Positions 1 to 11,374 of a DNA stretch of 56,281 nt are shown piece after piece (positions within the stretch are counted from its first letter, which is position 1; each line of letters starts with the position of its first letter). Where the stretch lies: assembly GCF_001194135.2 (NCBI RefSeq), contig NC_068996.1:21321570-21377850 (forward strand). Direction: 5' to 3'. A program made the translations under genes and the position numbers. Below the pieces are notes generated by a model. The model ran no database searches, was not told the origin of the DNA, and saw nothing but the letters and a program-made list of their open reading frames with translations. Source of the stretch: Octopus bimaculoides. Its lineage: Eukaryota.

Positions 1-51
<51 letters not shown>

Positions 52-58
52 TGTGTGT
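1..58. repeat. (GA)n/(GT)n microsatellite
   Basis: Direct dinucleotide repeat at the window start. Confidence 0.95.
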
Positions 59-116
59 GGTAGGGAATACATGGTCGTATTGATATTGCCATTGATATTA
101 TTACTGTCATCATACT

Positions 117-329
117 GGTTTCAAATTTTGACACAAGGTCAGCAAGGTTAGGAAAGAGGATAGATCGATTAAACCGATCCCCAGTACTAAACTAGTACTT
201 ATTTAATCAACCCGAAATGATAAAAGGCAAAGTCGACTTCTGCGGAATTTGAACTCGGAACGTAAAGACGGACGAAATATCGTTAAGCATTTTGCCCGGT
301 GTGCTAATCACTGCCAGCTCGCCGCCTTA
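117..329 (-). mobile_element. tRNA-derived SINE, family 1 (Meta/MESC-like central domain), CpG-intact copy
   Basis: The minus strand has an A-box-like start (ggcgagctggcag), a B-box-like gagttcaaattcc, then gtcgactttgccttttatcatttcggg and ends caaaatttgaaacc. Homologous to copies at 7071-7910, 25008-25217 and 52795-52992. The Meta-domain assignment is from memory of that motif. Confidence 0.8.
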
Positions 330-925
330 TGTTACTGTCATCATTTTACTACTTTCATACAAGGTATTACGGCGTAATACACGGTAAACACAGTAGTATG
401 AGGACATACATACATGCACCTGAGCACTGTATAAAATAACTTCATTATTATTATTATTACATACATACATACATTGTTGTGAAGGCAAGGCTCCAACATG
501 ACCTTTGTTAGGATGGCTTAAAACAAACTATAGAAATAACATACAATCCCTGGTTAAAATGTATCTGTAATAAGTGAGGCGGCTGTCTATGAAATTAAAT
601 GCTTTAGTACTAACCCTGACAAGTTGAATTTTGTTCTGAAGCTGATTTTATTCACAAACTCTCTCCGTCTTTCTGTCTATTTGTTGCTGTTGTTTTTGTT
701 GTTCACACCGAATTGAACACTGGTATATTTGAAGGAGAAGAGAAGGTAGTGGCTAGTACTCTTTACAGGATCACAGAGACAGGTGTGAAATGGACTGGAA
801 GGTATGCTCAAACTTAGTGGCCTTGATCTAATGATTGTGACAGAGTGGGTTCTGCAAAAGGTATCTATAGTACCAAAAGACGGAGTTAAAACGAGCAACA
901 GATTAAGTCTAGCCTCCAAGTAAGC

Positions 926-1451
926 TAGTGCTTCTCAAACAATCTTATGTGGCGTACCGACTGTTTATTTTCCCAATGTGCCAGGGACAGGTAATATTTC
1001 TTAGTAATATTAATTTATACCAGAAACAATATATATAATGTGATGGTATGTTGTCAACTTAATGTGGCAATCCCATGAAAGGGAAGAATGCTACTGTTAT
1101 TTAGTCCTAGGAAACACCGTTTCCAGTTGGCTCTGACACATTTTCTGTGTCCTTATGTTTTCAAAGGGGAGATAAGCACCTCCGCCCAACAAAGCCAGCA
1201 CCCAGAGACTAGTTTCAGAGTCATTGTTCATCATCAGTCTGGAGTAGCATGGCCTGCTAGCTGTCGATGCTTATTCTCCTTTGAGAATATAATAAAAGTT
1301 TTAAATCTTCTATTTATTTTGTAAACAAATAATACAATATTACATAAGCATTTTATAATGTTTCTTTCTTTTCTGGAAACTCGCCGCGAACCGACAGCTG
1401 ATGGCTCGCGGACCGGCACCGGTCCGCGGACCACCACTTTGAGTAACACTG
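926..1451. mobile_element. Non-autonomous hAT (Charlie-type) DNA transposon / MITE
   Basis: Left end tagtgcttctcaaac; right end reverse-complements to cagtgttactcaaag. 8-bp TSD aagtaagc (918-925) / aagtaggc (1452-1459) with central TA. Confidence 0.8.
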
Positions 1452-1764
1452 AAGTAGGCCGTGACAGGATTTGAACTCAAAACAGTAAGAACCAGAACAC
1501 ATACTGTGAGACATTTTGTCCCACCATCCAGCAGTTCCAAGATTTTTTTTTTTTTTGTCGACTCTGAAGGATAAAAAAGAAAGCTGAGCTTGATGCAATT
1601 TTAACTCGGAGTGCAGAGATTCGGAACAAAAAACACGAGACACTCTAGTCAACGCTCTAATAACCCTGTTTATTCGGCACTCACCGAGTAGACCAATGAT
1701 CAAAACATTCCATACATGACCATCCCATCATTTTTTGTCTGAGCAGTGCGTATCATTGATTACA

Positions 1765-1988
1765 ATTCTTTTATTCTTTTACTTATTTCAGTCATAACTG
1801 CGACCATGCTGGAGCACCGCCTTTAGTCGAAGAAATCGACCCCAGGACTTTTTTTGTAAGCCTAGTACTTATTCTATCGGTCAATTCCGCGGAACCGTTA
1901 AGTTACGGGGCCGTAAGCATACCAACACTAGTTGTCAAGCGGTGATGGAGAGTGACAAACACACATACATACATACATACACACACAC

Positions 1989-2019
<31 letters not shown>

Positions 2020-3100
2020 NNNNNNNNNNNNNNNNNNNNNNNNNNNNNNNNNNNNNNNNNNNNNNNNNNNNNNNNNNNNNNNNNNNNNNNNNNNNNNNNN
2101 NNNNNNNNNNNNNNNNNNNNNNNNNNNNNNNNNNNNNNNNNNNNNNNNNNNNNNNNNNNNNNNNNNNNNNNNNNNNNNNNNNNNNNNNNNNNNNNNNNNN
2201 NNNNNNNNNNNNNNNNNNNNNNNNNNNNNNNNNNNNNNNNNNNNNNNNNNNNNNNNNNNNNNNNNNNNNNNNNNNNNNNNNNNNNNNNNNNNNNNNNNNN
2301 NNNNNNNNNNNNNNNNNNNNNNNNNNNNNNNNNNNNNNNNNNNNNNNNNNNNNNNNNNNNNNNNNNNNNNNNNNNNNNNNNNNNNNNNNNNNNNNNNNNN
2401 NNNNNNNNNNNNNNNNNNNNNNNNNNNNNNNNNNNNNNNNNNNNNNNNNNNNNNNNNNNNNNNNNNNNNNNNNNNNNNNNNNNNNNNNNNNNNNNNNNNN
2501 NNNNNNNNNNNNNNNNNNNNNNNNNNNNNNNNNNNNNNNNNNNNNNNNNNNNNNNNNNNNNNNNNNNNNNNNNNNNNNNNNNNNNNNNNNNNNNNNNNNN
2601 NNNNNNNNNNNNNNNNNNNNNNNNNNNNNNNNNNNNNNNNNNNNNNNNNNNNNNNNNNNNNNNNNNNNNNNNNNNNNNNNNNNNNNNNNNNNNNNNNNNN
2701 NNNNNNNNNNNNNNNNNNNNNNNNNNNNNNNNNNNNNNNNNNNNNNNNNNNNNNNNNNNNNNNNNNNNNNNNNNNNNNNNNNNNNNNNNNNNNNNNNNNN
2801 NNNNNNNNNNNNNNNNNNNNNNNNNNNNNNNNNNNNNNNNNNNNNNNNNNNNNNNNNNNNNNNNNNNNNNNNNNNNNNNNNNNNNNNNNNNNNNNNNNNN
2901 NNNNNNNNNNNNNNNNNNNNNNNNATATATATACACGATGGGCTTCTTTCAGTTTCCGTCTACTAAATCCACTCACAAGGCTTTGGTTGGCCCAAGGCTA
3001 TAGTTGAAAACACCTGCTCAAGATATCACTCACGCAGTGGGACTGAACCCAGAACCATGTGGTTGCGAGGCAAACTTCTTACCACATAGCCATGCCTGCG
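1765..3100 (-). mobile_element. tRNA/CORE-like SINE, family 2, with internal (CA/TA)n microsatellite and assembly gap
   Basis: Tail piece 1765-1955 and head piece 2935-3100 match the copy at 54645-55270; microsatellite plus N-run 2020-2924 lie between them. Confidence 0.8.
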
Positions 3101-4759
3101 GCTATAAATATTCAATACGTTTTTTTTAAAGATGGTAGGACTGATTTGCTGGAAATTTGGCTGCTATTTCTTGCAGGTTGATGTACCATATAGAAAATTT
3201 TATTAAATGAAACTAACCATGTTCGTTTTTTTCGAAATGTACAAACAGCAAATATCCTGTAACGATTAGCTTCCTAGATTCTGAGCCAGGATTTGAAACC
3301 AAATCTACATTTTTCTTCTTACCTGTTGTCCTTTGTTATTGCTCTTTGAAATTTATGAGAGTCAACTGTCGCTTTTAGTTAAGTTCTATTGTTCTATTGT
3401 TTAAGTTAACATCCATTTGGGTTCGGACAAGACAAGAGACGAAAAATCCTTCATTTAACTTGACCTAGTATAGTTAGAAAGTGATATAAATACGGTACCC
3501 AAAACCGATTCTACTCTTTTGCGGGGCACCTGCTCCAAAGGGCACATCTCTATTTTTCTCACTTCACTAATAACTTGTTACTGCGAGATTACACAATTTT
3601 CACCTTCTCTATTTGTCTAAATTCTTTTATTCTTTTCCCTCTCAAGTAGCCACTCACAGATGAACTTAATTACCTACAGAATGGATGACAGAACTGCAAA
3701 TAACCTGTTACAACAACTCAAAGAAGTTGTATCTTACATTGTAACGTTAAAATAAAGGGCCATTGCAACTAAGAGTTTTCTTCCTCTCGTTTATTTGTTA
3801 TATACGAACCGTTACAATCTTTGGGAAAGGCCAGCGACAGTGTGACTGTCCCTATTTTACAAAATAACTGTTCCAATACTTGTTTCCAACACAACTTCGA
3901 CAAAAAAAAAAAAAAAAAAAATGACGTTCGTTACAGAAATAAACCTCAAGAGCAAAAAATAGAGTTCTAGGGAAACTACTTGTGGTCTACATCGGTAAAA
4001 ATGATTTAGTGAGATCATTTAATTTGGTTGTCTGTATTCTTGAGAGAAGAGAATCTTTATTAGAATTCCGATATTTTTTCCAATGATATATGAAATTAAC
4101 CAAATTCATTGAAGAAAAATTTCTGTTTAATGGATAATGATCAATAAAGAAGGCGTATCATTATTTAAAATGAAGTAATTTTGGTCAAAAGTCAGACCAC
4201 AAGTCTAATGAGCTGAATTTTAAACATATTTCATAGTCAAAGGGAGATAATTCGATTAGCCATAGTCCTCTCACCATCAACAACATGGAGACGTTTTATT
4301 TAACAGAGTTTGTTTTCGATTACTCTTCGTGGCGTTAATGGTTCGCATGTCTCACCACTGCTGCATTATGTCAACGTCCAAGATACTTAATTGTTTTATG
4401 GAACTAAACCATAACCTGAATGGTCAAAGCATAGCACTGATTCAACGAATAATTCTAATACAGCTACGATAACGTAGACACAGTATTTATGACATATTCA
4501 CATTCCCAGACGCACAGACGCTCGAAAACATCTCCAAACATGCACATACATATGCAAGTAAATACATATAGCTGGCCAGACACTGACAAATCCCACATAT
4601 GAACACAGTAGCTTAAGGCATCCGGCATCATAAGTACCTCTGATCTAAGGGAGATTACTCTCCTCCATTTAATTGCCATTCAAAACCCAACTCACTGGGC
4701 TTTGACCATCCACAAAATAGCTTATCATACAGTGTTCATTCATTATTTTTCTCCCTTAA

Positions 4760-5035
4760 CCCTTTAGCACTCAGAATATTCTGTCAAATGTAGTATTTAT
4801 TTATTCACATTGTTTTGAAGTAACCATGCATTATCACGGTGGTGTTCCAGCATGACCGCCGCCGCATGGCTGAAACGAGTAAAAGAGTACATAATAGCTT
4901 TGAGATTTTTATGATGTGAGTGTTTATTTTTAGAATGACATTGTAGGTTAGGTATGAGAGGCCAGATCTGGCCACTTTGAACATAAAATAAGTAAAATAT
5001 TTGGGCCAGTTATGGCCGATTTAAATGATAAAGGG
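4760..5035. mobile_element. piggyBac-type MITE with nested SINE 3' fragment (about 4838-4894)
   Basis: TTAA|CCCTTTAGCA ... TGATAAAGGG|TTAA, i.e. TTAA TSD and CCC/GGG termini. Second partial copy at about 47688-47870 lacks the nested piece. Confidence 0.8.
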
Positions 5036-5495
5036 TTAATATTTTCGTAACTTTCTTCTTGTGTTGAAAACGTCTATCCGAACTTCTAGAAGAATGGGAG
5101 TCCTAGCTTCCTATCTTTTTATTCCATCTTTACCCAGATTATTGAAAATTAGCTTCTCCGCAATCGACATGAGCACACATTTACTCTTAGACACATAATC
5201 ACGGTAACACATTCACACCTACGCTCTCACACCCACACATATATACAGGGGTACTCATTTGTACAGACATACACTCATTCACAAGCACATACTCTCACAC
5301 ACATACATACTTATCTATATATTGTAATGCTGATGAGAAATATTGAGCCAGAAACATATACCACAACCGTCCTCTTATCTCCAACCAATCCTATACTTTT
5401 CTTTAATGGCATGTCATCTTACGAAAATTTCTCATTTAATCTGTTATTACCTCCCCTCCTCCAGGGGAGTTGGTCAAAATTGCTATGCTTTAGAG

Positions 5496-5770
5496 CAGAG
5501 TTTTTCAAACTGTGGTCCGCAAGGACAAGACAGGGGTCCGTGGACAGTAAATACTTTTTATGGGCAATTTGATTTTATACATGTTTTTTAATCGAAATCT
5601 TTTAATTGACAATAAACCTATTTGTTAAATACTGTTGAATAAATAAATGCAAAAATATGTTATTTTAAGCAAATATTTATGTATAAATTTCATAAGCGTT
5701 TATAAGGGGTCCCTAAGGTAAAGCCTGAAATATAAAGGGGTCCGCAAGTCAAACAGTTTGAAAACCCCTG
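5496..5770. mobile_element. hAT (Charlie-type) MITE, 275 bp
   Basis: TIRs cagagtttttcaaactgt / rc caggggttttcaaactgt; 8-bp TSD ctttagag (5488-5495) / ctctagag (5771-5778). Confidence 0.9.
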
Positions 5771-7035
5771 CTCTAGAGGCAGAGATGATTTTAATAGTGT
5801 GTGTGTGTGTGTGTGTTTGTTTGAGTGTGTGCGCGCGCGTGTATATGCGTGCGTGCGCGTTTCTTCTCGTTAGGTGTCCAAGAATAATGTCCTGCAACGT
5901 TTTTAGCAGATGTTCAGCATCATAACACATTCTGTGACCCCTTTAACAAGTCTCTATCCCACGTGTCTTATCATCATTAGTTTTGCTCCTACCAATACAA
6001 CCACTTTAAAACAATATATTATTGAATAAATGCAGGGAACTGCTAACATAGTGGGGGACCGGCTGGTGAAATTTCCTATGAGGATATTAGAATAGAAGGA
6101 TCTGTACAGTTTAGCCAAACTGAACAGATCCGAATAAAATCTTCAGGAAAGTTTCTTTGTACACGATTGAACAAATCTATTCTCAAAATCATTTCAGTCG
6201 TGACCTCTCAGACATCTACGATTGCATTATACAATGCATGCTTTCCTTGCATAAGACAATGAAATGTAAGTCGAAAGAGATTTAGCTATTATTTCTAGTG
6301 GGCCGAACGACCATATACAAAGCTCATATTTATTCGTTTTTAATTGGGGTAGCCTTCGACATTTTCTGTCCAAAGGGTTTTTAAATCCAATATTTACGCA
6401 CTGTTATTCATGGCTTTGTCTACTTCAAGTTCAAATGTTTAAAACGAATTATTTCCTTCCCTCGAGATTTCTAAATTCTTATGATAAACAATTTCCGTGT
6501 TAGTTTATCCATTTTGGTAGATGGCAAATTGAAACTTCGTGGAGTATGGCAATGACCGATTAAATACATGCAAAGTAACAGCAGATGGTTGATATAGCTG
6601 AATGTCATAGTGACAAATACTATATATGATAAACATTACTGAGATAAAAAAAACAACAACAACAAAAAAAAAACATTTTTTAACCCGCAAATTCATCATC
6701 CAGGAATGAGTTCCCTCGCGTCAGCAGCAGTTCGTGTTGTTTTATCCGCCTCCTCCTCTTTGAGGACACTTTCCCAAGCTTTGGAGATGGAAGAGTAATC
6801 CAGGATTTTTGTGTTGGTGTTTACCCCCGATAACCCTCAGAGGACTGCCCCGCTATTGGAGTTTTCATTTATCTATTTCTCTACTTTATATTATATATCC
6901 TCTGTTATATCCTTTAAAATGATAGTATCTCCCCTTGATTGATGTTAACCCCACATATTTTTGTAATGTTTTTGGTGCTGTAACTCGTTCTTCGATATTG
7001 CCCTCCATGTCTTGGGCCCTTGTGGCCAATAAAAG

Positions 7036-7066
<31 letters not shown>

Positions 7067-7070
7067 TATT

Positions 7071-7280
7071 GGCGAGCTGACAGAATCGTTAACGCACTGG
7101 ACGAAATGCTTAGCAGCATTTCCCTCGTCGCTACGTTCTGAGTTAAAATTCCACCACTGAGGTCGACTTTGCTTTTCATCTTTTCGTGGTCGATAAATTA
7201 AGAACCAGCGAAACACTGGAGTGGATGTAATCGACACCCCACTCCCCCAAAATGGCTGCCCTTGTGGCAAAATTTGAAAC

Positions 7281-7341
<61 letters not shown>

Positions 7342-7910
7342 TCTTTACGATCCAAGTTCAAGTTCCGCCAAGATCAACCCTGCCTCTCATTCCTTCGGGG
7401 TCGATAAAATAAGTATCATTTGTATATCGGAGTCGATGTAATGCACTAGCCACTTCACACCAAATTTCCGGTCTTGTGCCTTTTAATAAAAAAAAAGGAC
7501 AATTCTCCACAATTATTATTAAGGCAGCGAGCTGGCAGAATCGTTAACACGCCGGACAAAATATTTGGCAAAATTTCGTCCGTTCTGAGTTCAACTTTCG
7601 CTGAGGTGAACTCTGACTTTAGGATCAATAAAATAAGTACGAGTCAATTACTTGGATCGACGCAATAGACTAACCCACTCCTAATGGATCGTTAAAGGCG
7701 GCGAGTAGACGAAATTGTCGGACAAAATGCCGAGTAGTATTTTTTCCGGCTCTTTATGTTCTAAGTGCAAATTCCGCCGAGGTCAACATTGCCTTTCATC
7801 CTCTCGAGATCGATAAAATAAAATATCAGTCACGTAATGGAGTGACATAAGCGACCTGCCCCGACCCCCTTCGTTTTAAAATTGCTGGCCCCATACCAAA
7901 ATTTGAAACC
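7071..7910 (+). mobile_element. Cluster of four family-1 SINE copies (7071-7281, 7339-7490, 7521-7683, 7695-7910) separated by (ATT)n
   Basis: Repeated ggcgagctggcagaatcgtt...gagttcaa...gtcgataaaataag...aatttgaaacc modules. Confidence 0.85.
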
Positions 7911-9343
7911 ATTTCTATGGATGGAAGGATGTCTTGTAATAACCGGAAATAATTCACCAGGTCTAGTGTGTTGTGTGGATGCATGTAGAAAGTTCTTTGA
8001 ATGAACCAAATACTGAAATATTAATGTCATATTAGTTATTACAGCGCATTTATAGGTGAAAAGAAATTAGTTGTAAAAAGTTTAAACGTAGATGATGTTG
8101 CTTAACTTAAATTCAAAATTGTTTATGGAAGGGTTTGGAATCTACACACCCACTCGCAGACATCAAGTTACTCAAAAGTTACCCCCCTTAGATCAAATTT
8201 CATTTTTGGTCATTGTGCTGTAAATTTGGGTTGCAATTTTTATCTCTGAAATTCGCTTCTTGCTGCTTCTTCCAGTGTTTTTATTTTTAATTTTTAATTT
8301 TTAATCCCCTCCCACACATCCGTTTGATTTAACTTACTTAAATTCCCCCGTGTTTATCTACATAGAAAATGTCCTCTTCAATGATTCAGGATTCTGCTAT
8401 CAGTCACTAAACGATTTCTTTCAGTCTCAATTATTATTTTTTTGTCTTATTTTCTCAGCCTCGTTCGCTGTCATTTCTGAGTCCAGACCGAGATTTATAT
8501 TATAATTTCATTCACGGTTAGTATAATTTATAAGAATAAAAATTAACCCTAGTACTTGACTGGCATTTTATTTTAATTTATCGAATCCGGAAAGGATCAC
8601 GGGTAAAGTTGAATTCGGTAGTGTTTGAACTCATAACCGAAACTATTAACCAAAGCTCTAAAAATTGTAACTGCTTACTTCCTAGTCGAGCTTTTACTCT
8701 TTATCATTCTCGCTTTTAAACGACAGGATGTGAATTAAAGGGTCACATATAGGTTCAACCGTTAGCCTCGTTGTTGCCGTTTGACGATCTACCTCTCTGT
8801 CCTGTCAATATTACATTGTTCTCCCGTATTTGCTCAAACAAAACAATTTTAGACAACGACTAGAATTGTTTTTTTCCTCACTACATATCCTTTTTAATGT
8901 TTCACATAATAAATATAATGTAACAAGCGTTTTTTTTATTTATTATAAATCTATCCATGCACATACTCTCTTTGCACTATCAGTGATACTCTCTCTCTCT
9001 CTCTCCCTCTCTCCTTGTCACACATACACACATATCCTCTCTCAGTCACTCTGACACTTCTAAATCACAATAAGAGACACTTATATTTTCCACTTTATGA
9101 GTTTCTACAGATATAAAATATACATAAAATAACTTTAGTACTTTTGTAAATAGAAAAAAAATGTGCTCTCACCCTGCTTCTCTCACTCTCTCTCTTTCTC
9201 TCTCTCTATTTCTCCAACACACACACTCTCTGTGTGCTTCTCTCACTCTCTCTCTCTCTCTCTCTCTTCCTCTGTCTGTATCCATCCATTTATAGATATA
9301 TATGTATATAGAGATAGATAGATAGATAGGTAGATAGATAGAT

Positions 9344-9475
9344 AGGCGTGGTTGTGTGGTAAGGGATATGCTTCCCAAGCACATGGCTCTGGGTTCAATT
9401 CTCCTACATGGTACCATGGGCAAGTGCCTTCTGATATAGCTTTGGGCTCATCTAAATCTTTTGCTGTACCAGACT
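9344..9475 (+). mobile_element. Family-2 SINE head (tRNA-like plus CORE-like), truncated, next to (GATA)n
   Basis: ggcgtggttgtgtggtaag...gggttcaattc...catgggcaagtg. Confidence 0.7.
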
Positions 9476-9479
9476 CCAT

Positions 9480-11374
9480 TGCCTGCTCTGACATGGTTTT
9501 TATGGATGGCTGCCCTTACTAATATCAACCACTTTACAGAGTGTGCTGGGTACTTTTTATGTAGCACTAGCACTAGATGTTTTCATGTGGCACCATCACC
9601 TGTACATTTTACATGACACCATCACCAATACAATTTTTTGTGACACCAGTGCTGTTATTAATCCTGATGTGATGGATAGGTCTTCTTGAGTACAATTGGT
9701 GCCAGATATCTCAGTTCTTTGTTATCTCCTTTGTTAGGTTCATTGTCTTGAGATCAACCTTCAGTCTTGAGATCAACCTTTCACAAGTTTCATTCACTTT
9801 AAGTGATCAACACTTCTGTGTGTACCACATGGCCAAACCAGTGCAGTCTTCTCTTTGCACACTGCATCTTACTCCTCTTATGCCTAGCTTTTCTCTCAAT
9901 ACACTAGCGCCCTGTCACACATATACATGGACATTGCACATCCAGCACTGCATACTAGTTTCATTCCTCCATAATTTTTGTATCTCCTCTGCATTAGAGT
10001 GTGACAAAGACACAGAAAGACAGAAACAGTTGTCTTGCCACAACAGAAGGGGCATTAGAGGAGATGATCCAGTATCAAATGCATTCATGTAGCATTGCTG
10101 TTTGTATACATGCATTACAATCTTCTTTTCACTTGCAGAGAGAGAGACCTTTGGTTGCCAACAGAGGCAGAAGCTCTCTGAATTTTCTCCATCCTGTTCT
10201 TATTCTAGTGATTACACTTTCTGTAAATCCTCCCACATTGCTAATTAGGTCTCTCAGGAGCCAGAAATTATTCTCTACCTCTAAAGAGCTTGTGGGGCAT
10301 TTGAAAAAATCAGTTTCTTGAGTATCTGTAGTTTTTATGGCTCCTGTGCATCTTCCACATTACTTTCTCTGGAAACCTTCCTGCTATTCCTCAGCACCTC
10401 TTATATGTCCATAGCTTGCATTGGATACACCATATGAAATTCCTGCCTTCACCTTCAAGCAGGGTCATTTACCTGATGGAGGTATGGTCCTGCCTATTTT
10501 CTTGCTTACTAGAACCTTAGCTTTTGCTAAGTTAACCTTAAGGCTCTTTGATTCCAGATTTTGCTTCCACACCTGGAATTTCTTTTCTAGTTTTGTTATA
10601 GAATCTGCAATGAGAGCTAGATCATCAGCATATAGCAGTTCCTGGTAGCAGCCATTCTTGAACTTCTCTGTTATGGTCTGGAAGATCATCATCATCATCA
10701 TTTAACGTCCGCTTTCCATGCTAGCATGGGTTGGCCGATTTGACTGAGGACTGGTGAAACCAGATGGCTACACCAGGCTCCAATCTGATTTGGCAGAGTT
10801 TCTACAGCTGGATGTCCTTCCTAATGCCAACCACTCAGAGTGTAGTGGGTGCTTTTATGTGTCACCCGCACGAAGGCCAGTCAGGCGGTACTAGCAACGG
10901 CCACGCTCAAAAATGGTGTATTTTATGTGCCACCCGCACAGGGACCAGTCCAGGGGAAGATGATGATGAATAGGAAGGAACTGAGAACTGAACCTGATAA
11001 ACACCTACCCGTACCCTAAATTCATCATATACTCGTGGTTATCTCTCACCTTACTGACAGAACCCCTGTACATGGTCCGTACTTGATATCACAAGTCATT
11101 CATCTACTCCTAGCTTCCAGGGAGCCCACCAAATCACACAAGTGGGGTACTCTATCAAAAGCTTTCTCTAAGTCACCAAATGCCAAGTATAATGGTTTAC
11201 TCTTAGCCAAATACTTCTCCTACAGTTGTCTGACTATAAAGATAGTGTCAGTAGTGCTTCTCCCCAGCACAAAGCGAACATGCATTTTATCTAATCTGAT
11301 TCTGTTCCTAATCAATTGGGCTATAATTCTAACTTTTATGACCTGGTCCAGCAATTTGATGGTCTTTGTAATTA
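9480..11374 (-). mobile_element. RTE-clade LINE, 5'-truncated and degraded (RT domain plus 3' end)
   Basis: Minus-strand peptides KLLDQVIKV, GRSTTDTIFIVRQL, LEKAFDRVP and QELLYADDLALIA (YADD), with many stops and frameshifts. Confidence 0.9.
10687..10954 (-). mobile_element. Nested 5'-truncated RTE 3'-tail insertion inside the RT domain
   Basis: (ATG)n tail on the minus strand; 7-bp TSD ggaagat at 10680-10686 and 10955-10961; the RT coding sequence resumes on both sides. Confidence 0.85.

Noticed and set aside
1903-3007. Long ORFs of 200-370 aa here and at 12.5, 23.3, 26.0, 31.5, 33.3, 36.6, 46.4, 49.0 and 51.6 kb
   Set aside because: They are open only because they run through N gaps (X residues) and stop-free microsatellites.
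6505-6800. Protein-like short frames on both strands (e.g. MSSLASAAVRVVLS on plus; KRRRRIKQHELLL on minus)
   Set aside because: No recognisable homology, weak donors, and the minus model needs a 46-nt intron with a GTTAAA donor.
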